A stretch of DNA of 62,522 nucleotides, counting the filler, from Chiloscyllium plagiosum (Eukaryota): assembly GCF_004010195.1 (NCBI RefSeq). It is 3 parts of one record of this genome, joined end to end, with 100 filler letters (N's around TTAATTAATTAA, not from the genome) between each part and the next. Parts side by side here need not be neighbours in the genome. Positions count along the whole stretch, not along the records: positions 1 to 23,484 come from NC_057716.1; 2 more parts are not named here. One strand, written 5' to 3'. Positions within the stretch are counted from its first letter, which is position 1. Each line of letters opens with the position of its first letter. Made by a program: the position numbers and the translations under genes. The notes below the pieces were generated by a model that ran no database searches, was not told the origin of the DNA, and saw only the letters and a list, made by a program, of their open reading frames with translations. Positions 12,061 through 23,584 of the stretch are shown piece after piece.

Positions 12061-13540
12061 GAACTGAATAGAATTGAATTTATTGTCACGTGTACCGAGG
12101 CACAGTGAAAAGCTTTGTCTTGTGAGCAATACAGGCAGATCACAGAGTTAAATCACATACATAGTAAATAATAGGTAAACAGCGGCAAAACAAAAACACA
12201 GGTACAGGCGAACGTTAAGAGTTTGTGAGTCCATTCAGTATTCTAACAACAGTAGAAACTGTTTCGAAACCGGCTGGTGCGTGTGTTCAGGCTTCTGTAC
12301 CTTCTCCCCGATGGTAGAGGTTGTAGAAAAACATTGCCAGGGTGGGATGGATCTTTGAGAATGCTGGCGGCCTTTCCTTGACAGCGGGCCTGCGAGATGG
12401 ATTATATGGAACATAGAACATAGACAAGTACAGCACAGAACAGGCCCTTTGGCCCACGATGTTGTGCCAAGATTTAATCCTAATGTAAAATATAATAACT
12501 TAACCTACACACCCCTCAACTCACTGCTATCCATGTGCGTGTCCAGCAGTTGCTTAAATGTCCCCAATGACTCTGCTTCCACCACCACCGCTGGCAACGC
12601 ATTCCATACATTCACAACTCTCTGCGTAAAGAACCTACCTCTGACGCCTCTTCTATACCTTTCCCCCAATATCTTCAAACTATGACCCCTCATACCCGTC
12701 AATCATGTCCTGGGGAAAAATCTCTGGCTATTGACTCCATCTATTCCTCTCATTTTCTTATACACCTCGATCAGGTCTCCTCTCTTCCTCCTTCTCTCCA
12801 GAGAGAAAAGTCCGAGCTTATTCAACCTTTCTTCATAAGGCAAGCCCTCCGGTCCAGGCAGCATCCTGGTAAACCTTTGTTGCACCCTCTCCAAAGCCTC
12901 CATATCTTTCCTATAGTAGGGCGACCAGAACTGGACACAATATTCCACGTGTGGTCTCACCAGGGACTTATAGACGTGTAGCAAAACCTCACGGCTCTTA
13001 AACTCGATCCCACTGTTAATGAAAGCCAAAACATCATATGCTTTTTTAACAACCCTATCCACTTTGGTGGCAACGTTGTGGGATCTATGTACTTTTACAC
13101 CCAGATCCCTCTGTTCCTCCACACTGCCAAAATCCTGTTTTTATTCCTATATTCAGCATTCGAGTTCGATCTTCCAAAATGCATCAGTTCGCATTTATCC
13201 AGGTTGAACTCCATCTGCTATTTCTCAGCCCAGCTCTGCATCCTGTCTATAGATGGGAGGTTGGCCTTTGTGATTGTCCAGGCTGAGTTCACCACTCTCT
13301 GTTACCGTCTCCGATCTTAAATTGTACCATTGCCATACCAGGTAGTGATACATCCAGACAGAATGCTCTCGATGGTGCACCTATAAAAGTTGGTAAGGGT
13401 ATTCGCTGTCATGCCAAATTTCCTCAGCTGCCTGAGGAAGAAGAGACATTGTTGAGCCTTTGTGACCGGTGCGTCCACATGAAGAGTCCAAGAAAGCTCA
13501 TTGTGGATGACCACTCCCAGGAGCTTGACACTCTCCACTG
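12061..13540 (-). mobile_element. Rex1/Babar-like LINE 3' part, itself interrupted by a CR1 3' fragment (12408-13245, -)
   Basis: KAQQCLFFLRQLRKFG...FYRCTIESILSGCITTWYG with an aataaattcaattc tail; same family as 38940-40436. Confidence 0.8.
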
Positions 13541-14079
13541 GGATGGAGAAATTGAGCTACAGGGAGAGACGAGGTAGGGTTGAATCATTTTCTCCAGAGC
13601 AGAGTAGACTGAGGGGGGGATATAATTGAGGTGTATAAGACTGTGAGGGGCATGGACAGGGTGAATCGAGAGCAGCTGTTTCCCATGGTGGAGGGGTCTG
13701 TCCCGAGAGAGGCATACTTTAGGGGAAGGGGCAGGAGATTCAGAGAGGATTTGGGAAAAGATGTTTTCACTCAGCGGGTGGTGTGAATCTGGGATGCACT
13801 GTCTGGGAAGGCAGAGGAGTCTGGAAACCTTAAAACCTCTGAAAGAGATGTGGATGAGCACTTCAAATATCATAACAGGAGATTGGGATCAGCATGCCTT
13901 TACTGGTAGTTATATCAATGGGCTGAAGGGCCTTTTCTGTGCTGTATGAATCTATAAGAGGCCATTCAGCCCCTTTTGCCTGCTACCTGAAAGTGCTCTC
14001 CAATTTGTCAATCCCCTCCTGCCTCCACCCCACCTCACTGCAGCTTGCTCATGTGTCCCTCCAGCTTGAGGTTAAACTC

Positions 14080-15215
14080 GCAACTTGAAAGGGTTCAGAA
14101 AAGATTTACAAGGCTGTTGCCAGGGTTGGAGGGTTTGGCCTACAGGGAGAGGCTGAACAGGCTGGGGCTGTTTTCCCTCGAGTGTCAGAGGCCGAGACCT
14201 TATAGAGGTTTATAGAGACTTTTAGGGTGGCACGGTGGCTCAGTGGTTAGCACTGCTGCCTCACAGCACCGCTGCCTCACAGCACCAGGGTCCCGGGTTT
14301 GATTCCAGCCTTGGGTGACTGTCTGTGTGGAGTTTGCACATTCTTCCCGTGTTTGTGTGGGTTTCCTCTGGTTTCGTCCTGCAGTTCAGGTGAATTGGCC
14401 ACACTAAATTGCTCACAGTGTAGGCTAGGTACTTTAGTCAGGGGTAAATGTGGAGTAATAGGGTAGGGGGAATGGGTCAGGGTAGGTTACTCTTTAGAGG
14501 GTTGGTGTGAACATGTTGGGCCGAAGGGCCTGTTTCCACCCTGTAGAGATTTGGTGATACAATCATGAGGGGCATGGTTAGGGTAAATAGCCAAGGTCTT
14601 TTCACTGGGGTGGAGGAGTCCAGAACTAGAGATTATAGGTTTAGCGTGAGAGGGGAAAGATATGGGGGTGGCACGGTGGCTCCGTGGTTAGCACTGCTGC
14701 CTCAAAGCACCAGGGTCCCAGGTTCGATTCTGGCCTCGGGCAACTGTCTGTGTGGAGTATGCACATTCTCCCCGTGTCTGCGTGGGTTTCCTCCCACAGT
14801 CCAAAGATGTGCATGTTAGGGTGAATTGGCCATACTAAGTTGCCCATGCTGTTAGGTGTATTAGTCAGAGGGAAATGGGACTGGGTGGGTTACTCTTCGA
14901 AGGGTCGGTATGGACTTGTTGGGCCGAAGGGCCTGTTTCCACACTTTAGGGAGTCTAATCTAATATAAAGGGTACCTAAGAGGCAACCTTTTCACACAGA
15001 GGGTGGTACATGTATGGAATGAACTGCCAGAGGATGTGGTGGAGCCTGGTACAATTGCAACATTTAAAAGGTATCTGGGTGGGTATATGAATAGGAAGGG
15101 TTTGGAGGAATATGGGCCAAGTGTTGGCAAATGGGACTGGATATCTGGTCGGTATGGACGAGTTAGATGGAAGGGTCTGTTTCTGTGCTGTACATCTCTA
15201 TGACTCTCCGACTCT
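14080..15215 (+). mobile_element. HER1/CR1 3' fragment interrupted by two HE1 SINEs (14224-14550 and 14665-14962)
   Basis: CR1 RT C-terminal text (LERVQKRFTR, GDLIEVY, VWNELPEDVVE) is split by two SINE copies. Confidence 0.85.
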
Positions 15216-15294
15216 ATGAGAGCTGGAATAGGCCCGGTGCTCAGCCTTACAGCAGGGAACAGTGAGCCGCAGGTATGTGTTGGCAAGTGGTACA

Positions 15295-15985
15295 TCATAG
15301 AGTCATACAGATACAGAAACAGACTCTTCAGCCCACCCGGTCCATGCCGACTATAATCCCAAACCAAACTAGTCCCACCTGCCTGCTCCTGGCCCATCTC
15401 CCTCCAAACCTTTCCTATTCATGAACTTATCCAAAGGTCTTTTAAACATTGTAACTCTACCTGCTTCCATCACTTCCTCTGGTAGTTCATTCCACACACA
15501 AACCGCACTCTGTGTAAAAGTATTTTTAAATCTTTCTCCTCTCACCTTAAAAATATGTTCCCTAGTTATTAACTCCCCCACTCTTGAGAAAAGATGACTG
15601 CCAGTCACCTTATATATGGCCTCCATGATTTTATAAAGGTCAATAAGGTCACAGTGAAAAAGACCCAGCCTCTCTAGTCTATTTTTATATCTCAAACCCT
15701 CCAGCCCTGGCAATATCCTGCGAAGTCTTCTCTGAACTCTCTCCAGATTAATAATATCCTTCCTGTAACAGGGTGATCAGAACTGCACATAGTACTCTAG
15801 AAGAGTCCTTGCCAACATCATGTACAACCTCAACTTGACGTCCCACGTCCTGTACTCAAAGGGTTGAGTAATAAAAGCAAGCTGCCAAACACCTTTTTAA
15901 CTGCTCTGTCTAAGCCCTGCCCTTGTTTGTTTTACCAAACTACGATACCTTCACCTTTATCCAAATTAAACTCCATCTGCCACAT
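15295..15985 (-). mobile_element. CR1/HER1 3' fragment
   Basis: LPGLEGLRYKNRLERLGLF...VWNELPEEV. Confidence 0.85.
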
Positions 15986-16047
15986 GCTTGGTTCTGACTC
16001 TCACTCCCTGTGAGAGGGAGCTGATCCAACTCCTAACTCAGGATGTG

Positions 16048-16307
16048 AACCATAGAAGCCTGACAGTGTGGAAACAGGCCATTTGGCCCAACACGTCCAC
16101 ACTGACCCTCCAAAGAGTAAACCCACCCCCACATTTCCCATAGCTAAACCCCCTTACCTGCAAATCTTTGGACTGTGAGAGGAAACCCACGCAGACACGG
16201 GGAGAATGTGCAGACTCCACACAGACAGTCACCTGAGACTGGAATTGAACCCGGGTCTCTGGCGCTGGGAGGCAGCAGTGCCAACCACTGAGCCACCGTG
16301 CCACCCT
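16048..16307 (-). mobile_element. HE1-type SINE
   Basis: Same head and body as the other copies. Confidence 0.85.
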
Positions 16308-19300
16308 GTAAGCTTTGCCTGAAGATGGGTGTTTTACCTGACGTGGCAAATTATACGTTATCACTTAAAACAAAGTAAACCAGACATGGACATTGTGGAA
16401 CTGAAGAATCAAACAGATATTTATTGCAGCTATTAGAATTCAAACATTACATTCACAGGCACATCAGTGTCTGAGCTAATGTTGATGTGAAGGTGTTTGG
16501 CTGGAAAGCTTGTGACTTTAATAAACCTTTTAGACTGTAACCTGGTATCATGTGACTTTTGACCTGGGCTAACATTGATTACAAAGAGCACCTGCTTCCT
16601 ACAGCATGTCAAGCTTCAAGAGATCTTCAAGTAAGATGGAGTCTGTGCCTTTATACCCTCGGGTCACATTGCTCGGAATCAGGAAGACTATCATGAACAT
16701 GTCTCTTAAAGATATGCCAACCTGCTAGGTAATACCTGCATGGTCCCACCAGACCACAGCGGCTGCTCTCTCTTTAGAGACAGATGACTAGATGCTGGGG
16801 TTTACTACTCCTCAGGGAAAGGGAGAGTTTGAGAAAGAGAGTCCTTCATTGTAACCTCAGCCAATACAGGAAGTGAATCCATGCTTTCGCATCACCCTGC
16901 CAAGAGAAACCAGCTGACCAGCCAACTGAACTAACCCATGATACATCACAACAGCGGAGGAGAAAGTGAGGACTACAGACGCAACACAACACAACAGCCA
17001 CCTTTTTAAAATTAATGATAAAAACTTGTGTACAACAGATACTGTAAGGCATGTACCATCAACTTGATAATTATATGAACAAGTTAAGAACATAATTGAC
17101 TAGACTAATATTTCAAAATTCAATGTGATGCTTAGAAGTAATTCCCTGTTTTTGCAATTTCTTGTATTCTTGTGTTCAAGGTTAAAGTACAAAGGAAGTC
17201 AGCCAGTTTCCACTGTAAATAAAATATCATGGGGATACTGGAAATCTGAAATCCAGACAATGCAGGAGAAATTCAGCAGGTTTGGGAGCATCTGGGAATG
17301 AGAGAAATGGAGTCAATGTTTCAAGTTCGATGTATGATGGTCCTTCAGATCGTCCCAATGCTCCGGAGGGTTTGTTGACACATCCTGGTCTCTTGATTAT
17401 ATTCCTACCTGGAGTGGGTCTATATTGATCTGTGTTGTGATTGCTGACCTGGTGGTCTTACTGCTGGTTGCTGTCATTCAGCAGGTCAGCAAATCCATGG
17501 GAACACCACCCCCTGCAAGTTCCCCTCCAAGCCACTCACCATCCTGACTCAGAAATATATCGCTGTTCCTTCAGTGTCGCTGGGTCAGAATCCTGGAAGT
17601 CCCTCCCCAAGGGCATTGTGGGTCGACCTACAGCACACAGACTGCAGCGGTTCAAGAAGGCAGCTCACCCCCACCTTCTCAAGGGGCAACTAGGGACGGG
17701 TAATAAATGCTGGGCCCAGCCAGCGATGCCCATATCCCACAGATGAATTTTTCTTTAAAAACACATATCCTGAGGTTCTTTGTCCAAGATTGGGGTAAAT
17801 TATTTTGAGCTAAGCTGGGTTTTGTACCTACACAATACAAAACCTGCTTGGTAATGATTTCATGTGATCTGGATTGATTCCTTTTCTTAAAATCTTTGCT
17901 GATACCCAAGTACATGCAGCTGTAATTCTCTCTCTCTCCCTCTCTCACTCTCTCTCTCTCTCTTTCTCACTCTCTCTCCATCCATGATAATGTCAGGAGT
18001 GTGCTGTTCTGTCATGGTTCCAAAATTATCAGCACTGTTCACAACAGCACTTGCACTGAAAAGTCTATTCGGATCTTCAGGAGTTTTAAACAGGAGCATA
18101 AATAAGTCATTCAGACATTCAAGCTTGTTACTCAGCAATTGGAGCAGATCTTTTAATCCCACATAACTGTTACACAGGAAACGAAACGGAATATTCAGCC
18201 TTTCAATGCTGCTGCACAAGAATACGGGGAAGACTGGTTATTGAGCCAGAAGCAAGGTTTAATTAGGGATGTCCTTGTCAGTTGAACATAAAGTACCAAT
18301 TGCAATGAATAATGCTGGCTCCTCAACTATTTGACACTGATATCAACAATTTAGATTAATGGAGTTATCAGAGTAGCCTGGTGGCTCATTGGCTAGCACT
18401 GCTACCTCACAGCACCATTCTCTTCCAAAAGAAGGCTGCACCATCGAGCATAGTCTGAGCTCACCACGCAGATCAGTGCACCGTCTGCGATCTGAAGAAC
18501 TGTCTAGCAAGGCAGGAACAGCATCAATAACCTTTCCCATTCTGTATCACCATATTCTCTCTCGTCCCTCGCATCCACTGTACATCTGTTTTCACACGTA
18601 ACCCTGAACAAGGCTCATGCTCCACTCCTCTCACTAATGTGTACAGCCTCCCCCTCTCTCTCTCCCTCTCTCCTCCCCTCCCCCCCTCTCTCTGCCCGGT
18701 GCATAGTTTGGGATGTGTTATCATTCCATTATGATTGCGTTCTCAGATGAGTCAGAACCCACAATGACATCTAGCTTGATAGATCATATATGTTCACTTT
18801 GCTTAACTAAATGTCACACTAATCTCCAGATTTTCTTTAACAGTAGAACAGAAGGTTATTACTTGGATAAAGACGTTATCTTGATATAGAATGCAATTTA
18901 GTAAAATCTTAAAACACAAGCAATCCCAAGTCTCCAGCCTATTTCCCAATTCCATCCAGTTACAGAGTTTCAAGTCTAGAGAATTTACCCCTCCATATCA
19001 AATCTTTCAGTTCTACATAACAGATTCTCTCCAGTTTCATTCTTTCATGCAAACTGTAAAGTCTTCTTGTATGATAGGCTGAGCATTCCTAAATCTTGCA
19101 GCTTAATGCTGTGGCCTAATCCCTGGATCCTGGTCATTTGTAATCTCACAGAGTTGCTCATGTTTAGCAGTTGTCAATGATGACTGTTCACACTGGCTCT
19201 GACAGCTCGGCTTTGAGGTTTGATTGGGTTTCATCATGTGTGATCCATACAAGCGCAGAGAGTGAGGTTGGAACCTCATGAGTTATGACTGAGGTCTGAG

Positions 19301-19374
19301 CATGTCCATAACTGCTGGTGCACTGCTGATATCAACCAGCTAGAGATTTCAGGCAGGCAAGGAGAGTGGACCTT

Positions 19375-20060
19375 TGTGTACAGGAGTTGGAAGGTCATGT
19401 TGAGGTTGTGCAGGATGTTAGTGAGGCTCCTTCTGGAATACTGCGTCCAGCTCTGGTCACTCAAAGGTCCAGCCAGACCCCGGAGCAAAACACAGGCGAG
19501 CAATCAGATGTGGCAAAGAAGATGAGGTGCCACGATCCCAAACACACCCTTCAGATTCCAAGCCAACCAAGTGAATGTCATATTTCAGAAGGTGACCTTC
19601 CATCTGGAGAGGGTTCAGAGGAGATATTCCAGGATGTTGCTGGGACTGGAAGGTTTAAATTATAAGGAGAGGTTGGATAGACTGGAGTGTAGGAGGTTGT
19701 GGGGTGACCTTATCGAGGTTTCTAAAATCATGAGGGGCATGGATAAAGTGAAGGGAAAGTGTATTTTCTCCAAGGGTGGGGGATTTCAAGACAAGAGGCA
19801 TATTTTTAAGGTGAGAGGAAAGGGGTTGGAAAGGGGCACGAGGGGCAATTATTATGTTATTGTTTGGAATGAACTTCCAGAGAAAGTGGTGAATATGGGT
19901 ACAGTTACAAGATTTAAAACATTTGTATGAGTACATAAATAGGAAAGGTTTGGAGGAGTACGGACCAAATGAAGGCAGGTGGGACTGGTTTACTTTGGGA
20001 TTACGTTCAACATAGACCGGTTGGACTGACGGCTTTGTTTCTGCGCTGTATGACCCTATG
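19375..20060 (+). mobile_element. CR1/HER1 3' fragment carrying a foreign inverted insert
   Basis: LEYCVQLWS | insert | LERVQRRYSRML...GDLIEV. Confidence 0.85.
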
Positions 20061-20588
20061 GCCTTTTCCGCTAGCATTTTGGCCCCGCAATGTGATTCTG
20101 CCAATGGACAGAGTTATTGATCCATTTTACACTGGGAGCTGGTCTTTCATGAGCTGAGGTAAATGGTGAGTGAGGTTAGCCAGACGGACGGTCACCTTCT
20201 GAAATGTGACATTCACTTGGTTGGCTTGGAATCTGAAGGATGTGTTTGGGAGCGTGTACCCCGACTTCTTGCTGTGATGTTGCCACATCTGATTGCTCGC
20301 CTGCGTTTTGCCCCGGGGTCTGGCTGGGCCTTTGGGCAGTTTCCAGTGCCCCTCGCTACCACACGTTTCTCAGCTGTGGAGAAAATCCAGCCAGCTTTCG
20401 GGTTGTGGTGACACACTGCCAGCTTTTTGTCGGTTGCTGCGTTTTGCCGACTCTTAGTAATCCTCTTGTCTGCGTCCACAGCATGCAATCCTTGACAGCC
20501 TGACACTGTGGCTTCATAATCATGTCCATCCTCATCAGTGGCATAGTCCGTCCTCTTGCCCTGAAGAGGCTTTAATTGGCGTAAAGGT

Positions 20589-20960
20589 CAGAAGTCACAC
20601 GACACCAGGTTATAGTCCAACAGGTTTATCTGAAATCACAGGCTTTCAGAGCATCGCTCCTTCATCAGAACAGATAAACCTGTTGGACTATAACCTGGTA
20701 GGCAAATGTGAGGACTGCAGATGCTGGAAATCAGAGTCAAGATTAGAGTGGTGCTGGAAAAGTACAGCAGGTCAGGCAGCATCCGAGGAGCAGGAAAATC
20801 CATGTTTCAGCCCTTCCTGATGAAGGGCTCCTTCCTGAAACATCAATTTTCCTGCTCCTCGGATGCTGCCTGACTTGCTGTGCTTTTCCAGGACTATAAC
20901 CTGGTGTCATGTGAATTCTGACCTTGTCCACCCCAGTCCAACACTGGCACCTCCACATCC
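20589..20960. mobile_element. Nested fold-back PLE mini-elements (ACGU family at 20700-20890 inside an AGCU family element)
   Basis: Inner TSD ggactataacctggt (20685-20699 and 20891-20905); outer TSD tggYgtaaaggt (20577-20588 and 20961-20972). Confidence 0.85.
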
Positions 20961-21056
20961 TGGTGTAAAGGTGATTACTAATTTGATGAGACTCTGTGAG
21001 AAATGGTGTCTGGAAAGACCCCTTCCATGAGACATGTCCTGACAAACCCAGCCAAT

Positions 21057-21372
21057 AGATTAGATTAGATTCCTTACAGTGTGGAAACAGGCCCTTCGGC
21101 CAAACAAGTCCACACCGACCCTCCGAAGAGCAACCCACCCAGACCCATTCCCCTACATTTACCCCTTCACCTAACACTACGGGCAATTTAGTGTGACCAA
21201 TTCACCTAACCTGCACATCTTTGGATTGTGAGAGGAAACTGGGAGCACTCAGAGGAAACCCACACAGACACGGGGAGAATGTGCAAACTCCACACAGACA
21301 GTCGCTCGAGGCGGGAATTGAACCCAGGTCCCTGGCGCTGCGGGACAGCAGTGCTAACCACTGTGCCACCGT
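21057..21372 (-). mobile_element. HE1-type SINE
   Basis: Complete body with (ctaat)n tail. Confidence 0.9.
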
Positions 21373-21883
21373 AGGCTCAAGGGATTACAGACCCCGTGGC
21401 ACGGTTGGTTTCTGATGTTCCTGAAGCTCCCACCTCCTTTGAGCTGGCCTTCTTGAACCTCCTGGACTTTTCTGGATTGTCCCCATCGTCCGAACGCGTT
21501 AATTCTGGGAGGTCCTTCCTTGCTGATGGCAAGCTGGACTTTTACTGCTCTGCTCTTGAGATCGTGTAACGATCGCTCTGTAAAATACGTTTACTCGAAC
21601 AGTCGCAATTCCACGAAGGAATTTGTGACCCAGTCCACAATGCGAGCAATTCTCGCTAAAGATATTTTGTTTCTATTTATGGGAAGTTGGGTGCAGTGTT
21701 TCTTTATTTCCTTCACTTCTTTTGTTTCCATTTTATTTTTCCCTGTTCTGCTTCTGTTTATTGCTCACTGTTATAATTCCTTTCCTCGTCAGGGTCCCTT
21801 TCAGAACGTTGCATTGAGAAACACCGATTCCTTGGAAGGACATTGTCACGCTTGTAGTTGCAGGTGTCAGCCACCGGGTGGTT

Positions 21884-22194
21884 GATTAGATTACATTACA
21901 GTGTGGAAACAGGCCCTTCGGCCCAACAAGTCCACACCGACCCGCCGAAGCGAAACCCACCCATACCCCTACATTTACCACTTCACCTAACACTACGGGC
22001 AATTTAGCATGGCCAATTCACCTGACCTGCACATCTTTGCACTGTGGGAGGAAACCGGAGCACCCAGAGGAAACCCACGCAGACACGGGGAGAATGTGCA
22101 AACTCCACACAGTCAGTCGCCTGAGGCGGGAATTGAACCCGGGTCTCTGGCGCTGTGAGGCAGCAGTGCTAACCACTGTGCCACCGTGCCGCCC
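21884..22194 (-). mobile_element. HE1-type SINE (young-looking, CpGs retained)
   Basis: Full-length head gggcggcacggtggcacagtgg through the tail. Confidence 0.9.
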
Positions 22195-22789
22195 ACAGTA
22201 TTTGTGTCAAATAGCAAAGGATGATGGACGAAGAGAGATGGATTGGACAGGGCAACGTTCCAGAGAGTTCTGAAGAATGAGGGGAAAATCTCATGGAAAC
22301 TGATCAAATTCCAAAAGGACCAGGCAGAGTAAAGGCAGGCAGGGTGTTTCTGATGACCAGGGAGTCCCGAACCAGGGGGTCACAGTCTGAGGAAACAGGG
22401 GTGGGTCCTTTAGGGCTGAGATGAGGGAAACTGTGGGGATTCTCTGTCACAGAAAGCAGTTGGGGTCAAAACATTGAACGTTTTGAAGAGGGAGTTGTTG
22501 AAAAGAGGAGATGTCGTTCTCGGGGCTAAAAGGATCAAAGGGTACGGGGGGGAGAATGAGGGACCAGGGGACTGAGTTGGATAATCAGCCGTGAACATAT
22601 TGCAATGGGCCTGCATTTATTACCCAGAGGGCAGTTCAGAGTCAACCACATTGCTGTGGGTCTGGAGTCACATGGAAGACAGACCAGGTGAGGAGAGCAG
22701 TTCTTTTACCCTAAAGTACCCCAGTAAATTCAGACATTCCCCATGACACGCCTTCCCACCAACAATCAGCAATGATTCCATGATCCCTC

Positions 22790-23484
22790 TACACTCTCCC
22801 CATCAAACACCCCAGGACAGGGACAGCACGGGGTTAGATACAGAAAGCTCACTCTACACTGTCCCCATCAAACACTCCCAGGAAAGGGACTGCACGGGGT
22901 TAGATACAGAGTAAAGCTCCCTCTACACTCTCCCCTCAAACACTCCCAGGACAGGGATAGCACGGGGATAGATACAGAGTAAAGCTCTCTCTACACTATC
23001 CCCATCAAACACTCCCAGGACAGGGACAGCACGGGGTTAGATACAGAGTAAAGCTTCCTCTACACTGCGCCCATCAAACACTCCCAGGACAGGGACAGCA
23101 CGGGGTTAGATACAGAGTAAAGCTTCCTCTACACTGTCCCCCCATCAAACACTCCCAGGACTGGGCCAGCACGGGGTTAGATACAGAGTAAAGCTCCCTC
23201 TACACTATCCCCATCTAACACTCCCAGGAAAGGGACAGCACGAGGTGAGATACAGAGAAAAGCTCCCTCTACACTGTCCCATCAAACACTCCCAGGACAG
23301 GGTCAAACGGGGTTAGATACAGAGTAAAGCTCTCTCTACACTGTCCCCATCAAACACTCCAAGGGCAGGGACAGCATGGGGTTAGATACAGAGTAAAGCT
23401 CCCTCTACACTGTCCCCCCATCAAACACTCCCGGGACAGGGACAGCACGGGGTTAGATACAGAGTAAAGCTCCCTCTACACTCT
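22790..23484 (+). repeat. ~69-bp tandem repeat (aacactcccaggacagggacagcacggggttagatacagagtaaagctccctctacactgtccccatca), about 10 copies, running into the contig end
   Basis: Unit starts at 22871, 22939 and 23008, among others. Confidence 0.95.
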
Positions 23485-23584
23485 NNNNNNNNNNNNNNNN
23501 NNNNNNNNNNNNNNNNNNNNNNNNNNNNTTAATTAATTAANNNNNNNNNNNNNNNNNNNNNNNNNNNNNNNNNNNNNNNNNNNN
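23485..23584. other. Artificial scaffold linker (44 N + TTAATTAATTAA + 44 N)
   Basis: Exactly 100 nt, with a spacer that gives stop codons in all six frames. The same structure recurs at 42067. Confidence 0.95.

Larger units (their letters stand above)
10159..12969 (+). repeat. ~1.09-kb direct duplication (10159-11246 and 11888-12969) flanking a gap
   Basis: The same CR1/Rex/CR1 junctions appear twice with few substitutions. Confidence 0.9.
8975..13955 (+). mobile_element. Decayed CR1 ORF2 (8975-10333, resuming at 13541-13955) with nested insertions
   Basis: LKTDKSPGPDELYPR and LQEDIDGLVRGAEQWQMVFN; the reading resumes at ggatggagaaattgagctac. Confidence 0.8.

Noticed and set aside
20213..20560. 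Minus-strand ...ATDEDGHDYE... as the missing slc4a3 terminal exon (compare FDEDGQDEY)
   Set aside because: There is no LD start or MPV-type end, the frame runs on for about 100 unrelated codons, and it lies across a linker from the other exons.
23529..23540. TTAATTAATTAA palindrome inside the N runs as a biological motif (also 42111-42122)
   Set aside because: It is centred in exact 44+12+44 blocks and gives stops in all six frames, so it is a synthetic spacer.
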